DNA of 64,000 nucleotides from an uncultured Nitrospinota bacterium (GTDB lineage Bacteria; Tectomicrobia; Entotheonellia; J063; CAVPRW01): NCBI GenBank assembly GCA_963707985.1, contig CAVPRW010000015.1, positions 125,960 to 189,959 of the forward strand, read 5' to 3'. Shown piece by piece: positions 39,410 to 49,876 of this stretch (position 1 is its first letter; each line of letters starts with the position of its first letter). The notes under the pieces were generated by a model. It saw only the letters and a program-made list of their open reading frames with translations, ran no database searches and was not told where the DNA came from. The position numbers and the translations under genes were made by a program.

Positions 39410-42058
39410 ATGACCGGTCATGACATTCGCCAAGGCTTTCTCCAGTTTTTCGCCGATCGTGGGCATACGATCGTCCCCAGCTCTTCCCTGGTGCCGCGGG
39501 ATGATCCGACCCTGCTGTTTACCAATGCAGGCATGGTCCAATTTAAGGACGTCTTTCTGGGCAAAGAACGGCGCTCGTACTCACGAGCCACGACGGCGCA
39601 AAAATGCGTGCGGGCTGGAGGCAAGCACAACGATCTGGAGAACGTGGGACGGACAGCCCGCCACCACACGTTTTTTGAGATGCTTGGCAACTTCTCCTTT
39701 GGCGATTACTTCAAGACCGATGCCATCACCTATGCCTGGGAATTCGTGACAGTCACGCTGGGCCTGCCGCAAGATCGCTTATATGCGACGGTTTATCAGG
39801 ATGACGACGAGGCCTTCGACATCTGGCACAAACACGTTGGTGTGCCGGCCGAGCGTATCTTCCGGTTCGGCGAGAAGGACAATTTCTGGTCTATGGGAGA
39901 CACCGGCCCCTGCGGCCCGTGCTCGGAGATCTTCTACGACCATGGACCGGCGGCCTCATGTGGTCGAGAGAGTTGTGCTGTCGGCTGTGACTGCGATCGC
40001 TACGTGGAAATCTGGAACCTCGTGTTCATGCAATTCGAGCGTGATGGGCAAGGTCAACTCACGCCATTGCCGCGACCGAGCATCGACACCGGCATGGGTC
40101 TTGAGCGCGTCGCCGCCGTAATGCAAGGGGTGTTGAGTAACTATGACACCGATCTCTTCCGCCCGATCATCGCTGCCGTCGAGGCATTGAGTGGCAAGCA
40201 CTACGGTGCCTTGCCAGCCGACGATGTGTCCATGCGCGTGATCGCTGATCATGCCAGAGCTACCAGCTTTCTGCTCAGCGATGGAGTGCTGCCGGCCAAC
40301 GACGGGCGCGGCTATGTGCTGCGGCGCATTATACGCCGCGCGGCGCGACACGGAAAAATGCTGGGCTTCACAGAGCCGTTTTTGCACAAGGTGTTGGGGG
40401 CGGTTGCGGATGTCATGGGGGACGCATATCCCGAGCTCACCACATCGCGCGCCTTTGCGGCCGATGTCACGCTGCACGAGGAAGAGCGCTTTGGTGAAAC
40501 GCTCGAAACGGGCTTGCGAGTGCTGGCGAAGGTGGCTGATGACACTCGGCAGGGCGGCAAGACCGTCATCCCTGGCGAAGAGGTCTTCAAACTCTACGAT
40601 ACCTATGGCTTTCCGCTCGACCTGGCCGAGGAAATCGTCCAGGACCAGGGCCTGGCACTCGACATGGCGGGTTTCGATCAGGCCATGGATCGACAACGCG
40701 AGATGGCCCGGGCTTCCTGGAAAGGGAGCGGTGATACGTCCGTGAAGTCCGTCTACCCGACGCTCGTCGAGCGCCTCGGCCACACGCGTTTCCTGGGTTA
40801 CGATAGCCTCGAAGCGCAGGGGAGAGTCCTCGCCATCCTCAAGGAGGAGCAGGTGGTCGAGCAGGCGGAGGACGGTGACGAAATCGAGCTGGTGATCGAT
40901 CAAACGCCGTTCTATGCCGAGGGTGGTGGCCAGGTGGGCGACACGGGTTTACTGGTCAGCCCCAATGTGGTCCTGGAAGTCAAGGATACCCAGCGTCCGG
41001 TGGACGGCCTGACGGTCCATCGCGCCCTGGTCACCCGTGGCCGTGTGCGCCTGCAGGATGTGCTGCTGGCACGCGTCGAGGTGCCCCGCCGGCAGGCCAT
41101 CGCGCTGAATCATACGGGCACGCATATGCTGCATGCCACGCTCCGACAGGTGTTCGGCGACCATGTCAAGCAAGCCGGCTCCCTGGTGGCCCCTGACCGG
41201 TTGCGCTTCGATTTTACCCATTCCGGTCGACTTCCGGACCGCGAGATCTTCCGCATCGAAGAGATGGTCAACGAGCGTGTGCGGGAGGACCGTCCCATCG
41301 AGGTGGCGCATGGGGAGCTGCACGATGCGCTGAAGATGGGCGCTCTGGCCTTCTTCGGCGATAAATATGGCGATGAAGTACGCATCATCAAGATTGGCGA
41401 CTATAGCCTGGAGCTCTGTGGCGGCACGCACCTGCATACCACGGGCGAAATCGGCCTGTTCAAGGTCACGCAGGTGAGCGGAGTCGCCGCTGGCGTGCGT
41501 CGCATCGAGGCCCTCACCGGCACGGCCGCTTTTGCGCACGTGCGACGTGAGGAGGCCACCCTGAGTGAGGTGCGCGATCTGCTGAAGGCGCAGCCATTCG
41601 AAGAGCCGGGACGCGTGCAGCGACTCCTGGAACACGTCCGCGACCTCGAACACGAAGTCGATGCCCTCAAAGGGCGCCTGACCAGCGCTCGCACCCAAGA
41701 TCTGGGCGAGGCTGTCGTCAACGTGCAGGGGGTGAACGTTCTCCGGCTGCAGGAGCGTGACCTCGAGGCGAAAGACCTACGGGGGTTGGTGGATCTGGCC
41801 AAGGAGCGCTTGCACTCTGGGGTGATCGTAGCCGCCTCTATCGCGGATGGCAAAGTGGCATTGGTCACTGGCGTGACGACAGACCTCACCCAGCGTGTGC
41901 ATGCCGGGCAGCTTGCCAAAGCCGTGGCGGCGTTGGTGGACGGCAGCGGGGGCGGTCGTGCCGACATGGCGCAGGCGGGTGGGAAAAGCCCAGAAAAGTT
42001 GGCGGCAGCGCTGGAGCAGGTGCCAGCACTCGTTGCGGAGCAGTTGCAGCAACACTAA
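39410..42058 (+). CDS. alaS: Alanine-tRNA ligase
   Basis: LLFTNAGM, HHTFFEMLGNFSFGDYFK, NHTGTH, ELCGGTH, GGGRADMAQAGG. Confidence 0.98.
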   Translation: MTGHDIRQGFLQFFADRGHTIVPSSSLVPRDDPTLLFTNAGMVQFKDVFLGKERRSYSRATTAQKCVRAGGKHNDLENVGRTARHHTFFEMLGNFSFGDYFKTDAITYAWEFVTVTLGLPQDRLYATVYQDDDEAFDIWHKHVGVPAERIFRFGEKDNFWSMGDTGPCGPCSEIFYDHGPAASCGRESCAVGCDCDRYVEIWNLVFMQFERDGQGQLTPLPRPSIDTGMGLERVAAVMQGVLSNYDTDLFRPIIAAVEALSGKHYGALPADDVSMRVIADHARATSFLLSDGVLPANDGRGYVLRRIIRRAARHGKMLGFTEPFLHKVLGAVADVMGDAYPELTTSRAFAADVTLHEEERFGETLETGLRVLAKVADDTRQGGKTVIPGEEVFKLYDTYGFPLDLAEEIVQDQGLALDMAGFDQAMDRQREMARASWKGSGDTSVKSVYPTLVERLGHTRFLGYDSLEAQGRVLAILKEEQVVEQAEDGDEIELVIDQTPFYAEGGGQVGDTGLLVSPNVVLEVKDTQRPVDGLTVHRALVTRGRVRLQDVLLARVEVPRRQAIALNHTGTHMLHATLRQVFGDHVKQAGSLVAPDRLRFDFTHSGRLPDREIFRIEEMVNERVREDRPIEVAHGELHDALKMGALAFFGDKYGDEVRIIKIGDYSLELCGGTHLHTTGEIGLFKVTQVSGVAAGVRRIEALTGTAAFAHVRREEATLSEVRDLLKAQPFEEPGRVQRLLEHVRDLEHEVDALKGRLTSARTQDLGEAVVNVQGVNVLRLQERDLEAKDLRGLVDLAKERLHSGVIVAASIADGKVALVTGVTTDLTQRVHAGQLAKAVAALVDGSGGGRADMAQAGGKSPEKLAAALEQVPALVAEQLQQH

Positions 42059-42095
42059 TGGCGCGCTGGTCGGGGCTGCGCCGGCGGAGATGACG

Positions 42096-42962
42096 ATGCG
42101 GATCGCCTATTTCGACTGCTTCTCCGGTATCAGCGGCGATATGACGATTGGGGCACTGCTCGATGCAGGCCTGAGCTTTGAAGACTTGCGCGCGCAACTG
42201 GCTCTGCTCAATGTCCAGGGGTATGAGCTCGCGGTCGAAAAGGTCAAGAAGCGGGGCTTCGGCGGCACGAAGTTTCATGTGCGCCTGGGCGATGCCGAGC
42301 CCCATCAGCGCGGTTTGCACGATATCGAAGCGATCATCCACGCCAGTGCTCTCGACGCCACCGTGCAAGAGCGCACACTGGCCGTGTTCACACGCCTGGC
42401 CGAGGCTGAAGCGGCGGTCCATCAGAGCACCGTGGAGCATGTCCACTTCCATGAGGTGGGTGCCATCGACGCCATTGTGGATATCACCGGAGCGGTGATC
42501 GGACTACACCTGTTGGGTATCCAGCGCATTGTGGCATCGCCCATCAATACCGGCTCGGGCTTTGTACGGGCGGCCCATGGCGTGCTCCCCGTGCCAGCCC
42601 CTGGGACAGCCGAGCTGTTGAAAGGGATTCCTACCTATGCGCGCGGCAGAGATGGCGAACTGACGACGCCGACCGGCGCAGCCTTGATGGCGACGCTGGC
42701 CGAGAGTTTTGGCACGCTCCCCCTGCTGCGCATCGACCGCATTGGCTATGGGGCAGGGACGAAGGAGCTGTCTGACGCTCCGAATCTACTACGGGTGTTC
42801 ATCGGTGAGGACACCACACCAGAGCCGGTCAGCCACAGCTCACATGCACATCATGGGGCATTGCGAGCTGATCACCGCGTTCGGATAGCATACCTGAGAA
42901 ACACTCGTGCCATGGGCAGTATACGCCTCACTCTCATGCCCTATCAGCTGCATGATCCATAG
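42096..42962 (+). CDS. larC: LarC-family nickel insertase, N-terminal (LarC1) part only
   Basis: DCFSGISGDM, VHFHEVGAIDAIVD, HGVLPVPAP, ELTTPTGAA, PNLLR; no C-terminal domain seen. Confidence 0.85.
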   Translation: MRIAYFDCFSGISGDMTIGALLDAGLSFEDLRAQLALLNVQGYELAVEKVKKRGFGGTKFHVRLGDAEPHQRGLHDIEAIIHASALDATVQERTLAVFTRLAEAEAAVHQSTVEHVHFHEVGAIDAIVDITGAVIGLHLLGIQRIVASPINTGSGFVRAAHGVLPVPAPGTAELLKGIPTYARGRDGELTTPTGAALMATLAESFGTLPLLRIDRIGYGAGTKELSDAPNLLRVFIGEDTTPEPVSHSSHAHHGALRADHRVRIAYLRNTRAMGSIRLTLMPYQLHDP

Positions 42963-43026
42963 AGCATGGACAATGAACAGATTGCTTGCCAGCCCCTGGC
43001 GCGGTAGACGAAAGGAAGACTCTTGC

Positions 43027-43353
43027 ATGAATGCTCGTGACCTGATCCACCTCGCCGAGCGCATCTATGTGATTACCATGCCTACCACTGGCCATGGAGC
43101 TGGCCGTTACCGCATCCATGATGAAGACACGTTTGTGGAGCAAATCGCGCAACATCCCTCATTCAAGGCCTGCGATGGCCCGCATGCGTCTGGCACCTAC
43201 ATCTTGACATTCGAGGCCGACACACCCGAAACGGAACAGCTGAGGTGGATCGCGCAAATCTTGAGCGGCACGAATTTGGACGATGGCTATGAAGGTCTGA
43301 TCAAGGTTGGCCACGAGCCCCCGCGCTCTGTAGAGGAGCGGGGATCGTTCTGA
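43027..43353 (+). CDS. Hypothetical protein
   Basis: AAGGAAG upstream of MNARDLIHL; 108 aa; no motif recognised. Confidence 0.5.
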   Translation: MNARDLIHLAERIYVITMPTTGHGAGRYRIHDEDTFVEQIAQHPSFKACDGPHASGTYILTFEADTPETEQLRWIAQILSGTNLDDGYEGLIKVGHEPPRSVEERGSF

Positions 43354-44180
43354 TGAAGGCTGCCGCACGCCCGTGCACTTCGGCCGCGTGGCGAGGTTTC
43401 GCTCCATCCCATGCTAGTCCACTTCCAGGCTCGACCGCCGTTCCCGCCCAGCAGCCGATCGCTCGTCTTCCGCAAAGGCCTATCCCTCCCTTCCTACTGC
43501 GCAGATCTGAGCAGTGCGTGCAAATCTGCACAGACCCAGAACTGCCCGAGCCTGCAAGCAATATGGTGCCTCTGCAGCTGCCGAACCTTCGTCGCTGCGT
43601 AATCCTGTGCATATGCTTGCTGTGGCCGTTCTAATGTAGACCGTCGATTTGCTCAACCATGCCCCCTGTTCACTGAGATGGCACAGGTTGGTATCGCTCT
43701 TGCGCATGATGGCAGATCGACCGAGCCGGAATACACTATCGTGACTTGGACAACTGCGTATGGAAGGCTTGGAGGAGATCTCTGGGGTCTTGCGAGGTTC
43801 CTGACCAGTGCTGCAGGATGGTTGTTGACACGACATCTCAGACCACTATACTGGCACTTACATGTCATATCTGTGCGGCTCCCCTACGGTTCTCTTTTGC
43901 TGCCACGGCTAAGGAGCACGTCGCTGAAGGAAGCATTGGTCTCCCCCTTAAAATATCCCATCTTGGAGGCCCTTCCTGGGACATCCCGTTTCCTCCCCAG
44001 GCCGCAACTCCTGACCAGCCTCGAACCCCTCCCCATGGGGAGGGACATCTCCCCGACCCAGCGTCGTTAACGCACCTCCCGCTACCTTGTCTAAGGTTAC
44101 GCCACGATTCTGCGGCGCACGCGGGTTCACAGAAGCAACTTCGAGCTGAACGGGCACGTGTTGATTATAGGGAGGAAGCC

Positions 44181-45104
44181 ATGTCTGCAGAGCCGGGAGT
44201 ATGCAAGTTCACGGCAGAGCGAGTCCATCTGTCGCCCATGACTGCTGGCGCTACGTTCGATTGGGATGGCATAGGCACCGTATCTCGCTGCATAGGGCCG
44301 CACATGGGCACGGGACGGCACCCCAAACCGTCCCTGACCGCGGGTGATCTGTGTCCTCGTGCCCTCATCTCCACCACAGGCTCTCGATTGGGAACGAGAG
44401 GCGCAACGCCTGACCGTTTACCTCGATCCGGGGCTCCTCCTGGCTACCGCATGCGACGTGGTCTCCCGGCGCGACCGGCGAGCTCATGTGGGCACGCCGG
44501 GAAGGGTATGCACCAGCTCATCACCCTGTATGTGCACCCCGTGCTGCTCGTCCATGCCGCCTACGAATCATCCAAGGCGGATCGCATCGAGATGGTGCCG
44601 CACCTGCGCACTGGCGATCCCTTGCTCCACCACATCACGCTGGTCCTGCAGGCCCAGATCGACGCTGAAACCCTGGCGAGTCGCCTCTATGCCGAGTCGT
44701 TGACCAACGCGCTGGCGGTCCATCTCCTCAAACGTTATGCGGCCTGTAGACCACCAGTGGTGGCATGGATCGGGGGTCTCTCCAAACCCAAGCTACGGCG
44801 CACGACCGAGTATATCGAGGCGCATCTGGAGCACGAGTGCTCGTTGACCGAGATCGCGGCCGTGGCGCAGACGAGTCCTGCCCACTTTGCGTGTCTGTTC
44901 AGGCAAGCGACCGGTAAGACTCCCCACCAATATCTCATCATGCGCAGGATCGAGCGTGCCAAGCGCTTGCTGACAGAGAGCGCGTTGCCCATCATCGACA
45001 TCAGCCGCCAGGTGGGCTTCACGGATCAAAGTTACTTCACCGCAGTGTTCCGGAAGCATGTCGCCACAACCCCCAAAGCCTACCGAAACGATACCCAACG
45101 GTAG
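44181..45104 (+). pseudogene. AraC-family regulator with frameshifts in the N-terminal domain
   Basis: C-terminal HTH ending VGFTDQSYFTAVFRKHVATTPKAYR; N-terminal segments lie in other frames (LDWEREAQRLTVYLDP). Confidence 0.8.
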
Positions 45105-45497
45105 TCCCTTCGTCGATGGGCTGCCGTGTGTTCTCCCCATGCGCACGTTTTCCGATCGCGGAGATGGCCTCTGGGGCCTCTCCGCCGTCACGCACAGCAC
45201 CATCTCACCCTCCTGGCTTTCCAGTCCGCTATTGTGAGGGGCCGACACCTGGTCTCCCGGTGTCGTGGCGGATCGCAGGTCGCTGAGCGCGGAACGTGTG
45301 CGCGGCATCTTCCTTCCCCACCTGCACGATTTTCGGCGGGATTTCAACATTTTTCGACGGAAATTCACAGACAGCGCGGAATACCCGCCATACATTTATC
45401 TGCTATCTGGGCGAACGAGTGGCGGGATGCCCGGCGATGCTTGGGGAGCCCGCACACCACGTCGTGTGCCAAGGGCGGATAGCAGTGGGGGAAAGAC

Positions 45498-46002
45498 ATG
45501 AGCGATCACGACGGCCACCCAGTTCTCCATCCGACGCGGATCGATATCCCCCTGGAAATCCGCCTGTACCTGATGACGCTGCTGAATCAGACCCTGGCCT
45601 GCACGGTGGATCTGCGCTCACAGGTCAAACAGGCCTCCTGGAATGTCAAGGGCAAAGAAGGCGCTCAGTTGCGGGTCGTCTTCGCCACCATCGCCACCGA
45701 ACTCGACGCCTACACCGACCTGATGGCCGAACGCCTCGTGGTGCTCGGTGGGGTGGCGCTGGGCACGGCCCGCACCGCGGCAACGCACTCGACGCTGCCG
45801 GAGTATCCCGGCGACCATCACGGCAGGTGACGCGCATGTCCTGGCGCTGGCGGAGCGCTTCGCGCCTTACACCACGGCGATGCGGGACGCCATTACGCAC
45901 GCCGCGGATGTCGGCGATGCAGATACGGCGGCCGTCTATACCGACATCTCGCGCGGGGTCGACAACCGGCTGCAGTTCTTGGAAGCGTACCTCCACCCGT
46001 GA
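45498..46002 (+). pseudogene. Dps-like protein with a frameshift near 45812
   Basis: TRIDIP, KQASWNVKG, DLMAERLVVLGG, GDADTA..TDISRGVD..LQFLEA. Confidence 0.85.
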
Positions 46003-46133
46003 GAGGGATGTGTCGGCACGCGCGCCGAACGGCACGCCTATCACCGGATACAAGAGGTTCTCCAACGCTGGTGACGTGACTGTTGCCGATATCTCGAAAC
46101 TGGACGGCAGAGACGGGACGGGAGGTATAGACA

Positions 46134-46690
46134 GTGGATAACAGCAGTCCAGATGACACGGTGAAGAGTGCCCCCGCGCAATCCCAGCCGGGCGAGACCT
46201 CCGGCGAGTGGCAGCCCTCCCATGCCTCCTTTCGCGATACCGCCCCCGCTGCGACGCCCCCACGCAGCCCCGAACTGCTGCCGAGCGTCGCCCTCCCGAA
46301 AGGCTCCGGCGCGGTATGCGACATGGGCGAAAAACTCACCGCCAACGCGGCCCCCGGCACCTTGACTGTCCTGCTCGCCTCTGGCCCCGGATGGGCTAGC
46401 TTGGGCCCGCAACTGACCCTCACCCATAACTCCGGTGCCCGGAATGGCCTGTTTGGCGTCGACCGGCGCTGTATGTTGCCCCCATCACGCGTAAGATCGA
46501 CAAGGGCCTGCTGCGCTATCTCTACGGCGACGGGCCCAATGTCTCTATGCTCTCCGGCACAGATAACCTCATGCCGGTTCTGGACCAGGGCGGCGGCCAC
46601 GTCCGGCGGCGGCGCACCGTCCATGGTGTCACCTACGATATCTACCCGTACCGCCCGCGCATCGAGAGCTTCTTTGCGCGGTATTTGAGA
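46134..46690 (+). pseudogene. Decayed SpvB/TcB N-terminal fragment
   Basis: PSVALPKGSGAVCDMGEK, GPQLTLT, YRPRIE match the start of the toxin gene at 49877. Confidence 0.8.
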
Positions 46691-47027
46691 GATATGGGGA
46701 AACCCATTCAACGGAGGCGAGGGGATGAATGCTCACACGCACGACCACGACACGCAACATGAATGATCACAAGCTTTCAGGAGTCATGGAGGTGGCTGGC
46801 CAGTCTGTTCCAGTAGTGATCGAACCGGGCATCGAGTTCTACTTCGAAACAGGAGATCTCCGCTCGCAGATGTGATCGCTGACGGAGGTGCTCTGAGAAG
46901 TTCGACGTGATCATGAGAGATGTTGCGGTCGACCGTACGTTCCTCTAGAGCCGAGAAGCTATCCTACGCACCGGCGCCCATTTCTGTGTGAGTGGGTTGA
47001 CCGATAATGCCACAAGAGGAGAAGCCG

Positions 47028-48581
47028 ATGCCACAGACGTATCGCATCCATCCAGCAATCGGGATCGCTCGGGTTGGTGATAGTCCTGACGACTATTTCA
47101 TCGGCCCAGAGGCACCCGGGGTTCCACCCTCCCTGAATAAACCAGATGCTTCACCCTCCCCCAACGGCACGTATAAAGACAAACAAATGCATATCAAGCG
47201 TCAGGGCGCGCGCTTTCGAATCTATGAATACACCGAAGATGCCGCGGGTGTGGTGACGAAGGTGCGCGAGATCACCGCCGCCGAGGCGCAGATAGAGTGG
47301 GAAGTCCATCTGGCGAATCATAAGGCGGCAGCGCCCAAGTTTCAACCCCCTGGCCGCCGCAATGAGGGGAAACCGGAGAGCGATCTGATCATTGATCCTG
47401 GCCCACAGCGCATCAGCGGCGCCAATCAGGCGATGACGAAGGTGCGCGGCACATTTATGAAGACCATCGACGTGACGCTCGGAGACCTGCTCACTGACGC
47501 CGCCGGGCGCTTGATCGTCCTCGGCGGGCATGGCAAGTCGCAATCGCTCCCTCAGAGCCCGTTGGAAGATTTCGCCGACAACGACGGCTGGTGCGACGAT
47601 GTCGCGGATGGCCCGGTGCGCGCCACAGTGCGACTGACCGGCAGCGCCGCGCCTATTGCCGCCGATCCAGCCTGGGTGATTGTCGCCCCGCCAGATTTCG
47701 CGCCACCGATTGAGAACGTCGTGACACTCTACGACGCCGTCTACAACATGATGGCGCGCTTCGATCCCCGGCTCGCTGTCAGCGACGCCACATCAGTTTC
47801 CTTTACCAGAGATATTTATCCGATCCTGCGCCGGGTCTCGAATCTCCATTGGGTCAGCAAGGTGGCGGCGATACGCCACGGCGAAGGCAGGTTCCACTTC
47901 ATCTCGCGCCTGCCCGAGTTGTCCAGCAATACACCACAAGCCGCCGGGGCTCGCGACCAAATCTTTCGGGCCTTGAGGAACGCCGCAAGGCGGCGGCGGC
48001 ACGATGCCGAAGCTGCCCACTCAAGCGGTTCGTCAAGCTCCCGGCGCGGCGTTGACCGAGGTGCAATACAAACGGATGGAACGATGGAAGGATGGCAAGT
48101 TTGACGCCGATTGGCCCGGGGCTGAGCCTGTGCCGACGCCGCTCGAGAAGCTGCCGGAGCAGGACCGGCCGCAGGCGCTTGACCGCGCCGCGCTGGAAGC
48201 GTGTGTCGGCGGGCCGTTCTTTCCGGGGATCGAGGCCAGCCGGGTCATGCTTGATGACGCGACTTACGACACACGGCGCCCGTTCCGCATCAACGCGGCT
48301 CTGCCACCCGGCACGCTGACCGCGAGAATGGCCGTGCCGTGGCAAGCCGACTTCAACGATTGCAGCATCCAGCAAGGCGCGGACTGGTGGCCAGGCCAGC
48401 GTCCAAATGAGGTGCGGCGCGGTCAGGAGCTCCATGCTGAGTGGGTGCCGTCCGATTGGAAGCACCTAGACATGGTCGACAAGTGGGCGCAACTTGGGTT
48501 TGTCGTCGCGAAGACCGTCGGGAACACGTGGAGTATGTCGAAGATGAACGCTCCCTCAAACCACCACCTCCCTCGGTCTGA
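47028..48581 (+). CDS. LodA/GoxA-family CTQ-dependent oxidase (frameshifts near 47990 and 48525)
   Basis: YRIHPAIGIARVGDS, IKRQGARF, GRLIVLGGHGKS, DNDGWCDDVADGPV, CVGGPFFPGIE, PWQADFNDC, WWPGQRP. Confidence 0.9.
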
Positions 48582-49697
48582 TTGTGATGTCGTTATTCTT
48601 GGCGGAGGCCCGGCGGGCGCGGCGGTGGCCATCACGCTGGCGCGCGCCGGACATTCCGTCGTGGTCATCGAGAAGTCCCACTACGACCAGGTGCGCATCG
48701 GCGAGACGCTGCCCCCACGCGCACGGCTCCTCACTCATGAATCTAGGCGTATGGGACCAATTCCTCAACGACGGGCATGCGCCCTCGCCTGCCATCCTCT
48801 CTGCCTGGGGGCAAGAGGAGCTCTACGAGAACCACTTCATCTTCCATCCCTATGGGCATGGATGGCATCTTGATCGCCAGCGCTTTGATGCGATGCTCGC
48901 GCAAACCGCCGAGAAGTGCTGGTGCCCGCGTGTACCGGGGAGCGCGGGTGACGACATACCGAGAGCTCGGCTCCCAAGGCTGGCAGGTGGCGTTCGTGTT
49001 AGATGGGAAGCTATGTTGCCTCCAATCACGCTTCCTGGTCCACGCCACGGGACGGGCTGCTGTCGTGGGTCGCTGGCAGGGGACCCAACGAATCTTTTAC
49101 GATCGCCTTGTTGGTCTTATCGGCTTCTTTTCTAGCAGCGAACTCGGGGGAGGACCTGACTCTCACACGCTTGTAGAAGCAGGCGAGGACGGCTGGTGGT
49201 ACTCCGCATGGCTGCCGAATGCCCGACTCGTCGTCGCTTACATGACTGATGCCGACCTGATGCCCAGCAGCCGTGGGGATAGTCATCGATCACTGGCAGA
49301 GCCGACTCGAACAGACCTCTCATACTTATGCACGCGTGCGTGGGAACGTACTTGAACCAGGCTTGCGCCGGTTTGCGGCGAATAGTTACCGAAGAGACCG
49401 CCTGGCTGGACCACAGTGGCTGGCGGTGGGCGATGCGGCGACGGCTTGTGATCCGCTGTCATCCCAAGGCATCTCCCATGCGCTGGAGTCCGGACTGCAG
49501 GCAGCCCTGGCCATCGAGCACTGGTGGCTGGGAGACCACAACGCCTTAGCGGGCTATGCGCGCTCGACCCAAAGCGTTTCGATGATTATTTACGCTTGCG
49601 AACCATGTATTACAGCCGGGAGCAGCGCTGGCCATCGTCGGCGTTTTGGCGACGGCGGCAAGCCAAACGGGATGACAGCGTGTCGTCCTACAGTTGA
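48544..49697 (+). CDS. LodB/GoxB-like FAD-dependent protein (several frameshifts)
   Basis: VILGGGPAG, RIGETLPP, GWHLDRQRFD, GWWYSA, AVGDAATACDPLSSQGI, EQRWPSSAFWRRR. Confidence 0.85.
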
Positions 49698-49876
49698 TAT
49701 CATCCGGGCCAATTCGGTGAACCGACCGGGTAACGAATCGGTTTAGAGAGGCGGGTCGACGAAACAAGCAGGCGCTTCTGAGCAGACACTCTCACCTGCA
49801 CATCATGATCCGTCCCGAGACACGGCTAGGGGGATCTCCCGGCCCGCGTATGGCCTATCGGCAGAGAGGAAAACTC

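Noticed and set aside
43354..44180. Genes or ncRNA in the ~0.8-kb gap before araC
   Set aside because: The short ORFs lack RBS or motifs and no known RNA structure was recognised.
48004..48873. Apparent LodA-LodB fusion in the ORF track
   Set aside because: A frame change near 48525 explains it: LodA ends in another frame (YVEDER...stop 48581) and LodB has its own ATG at 48544.
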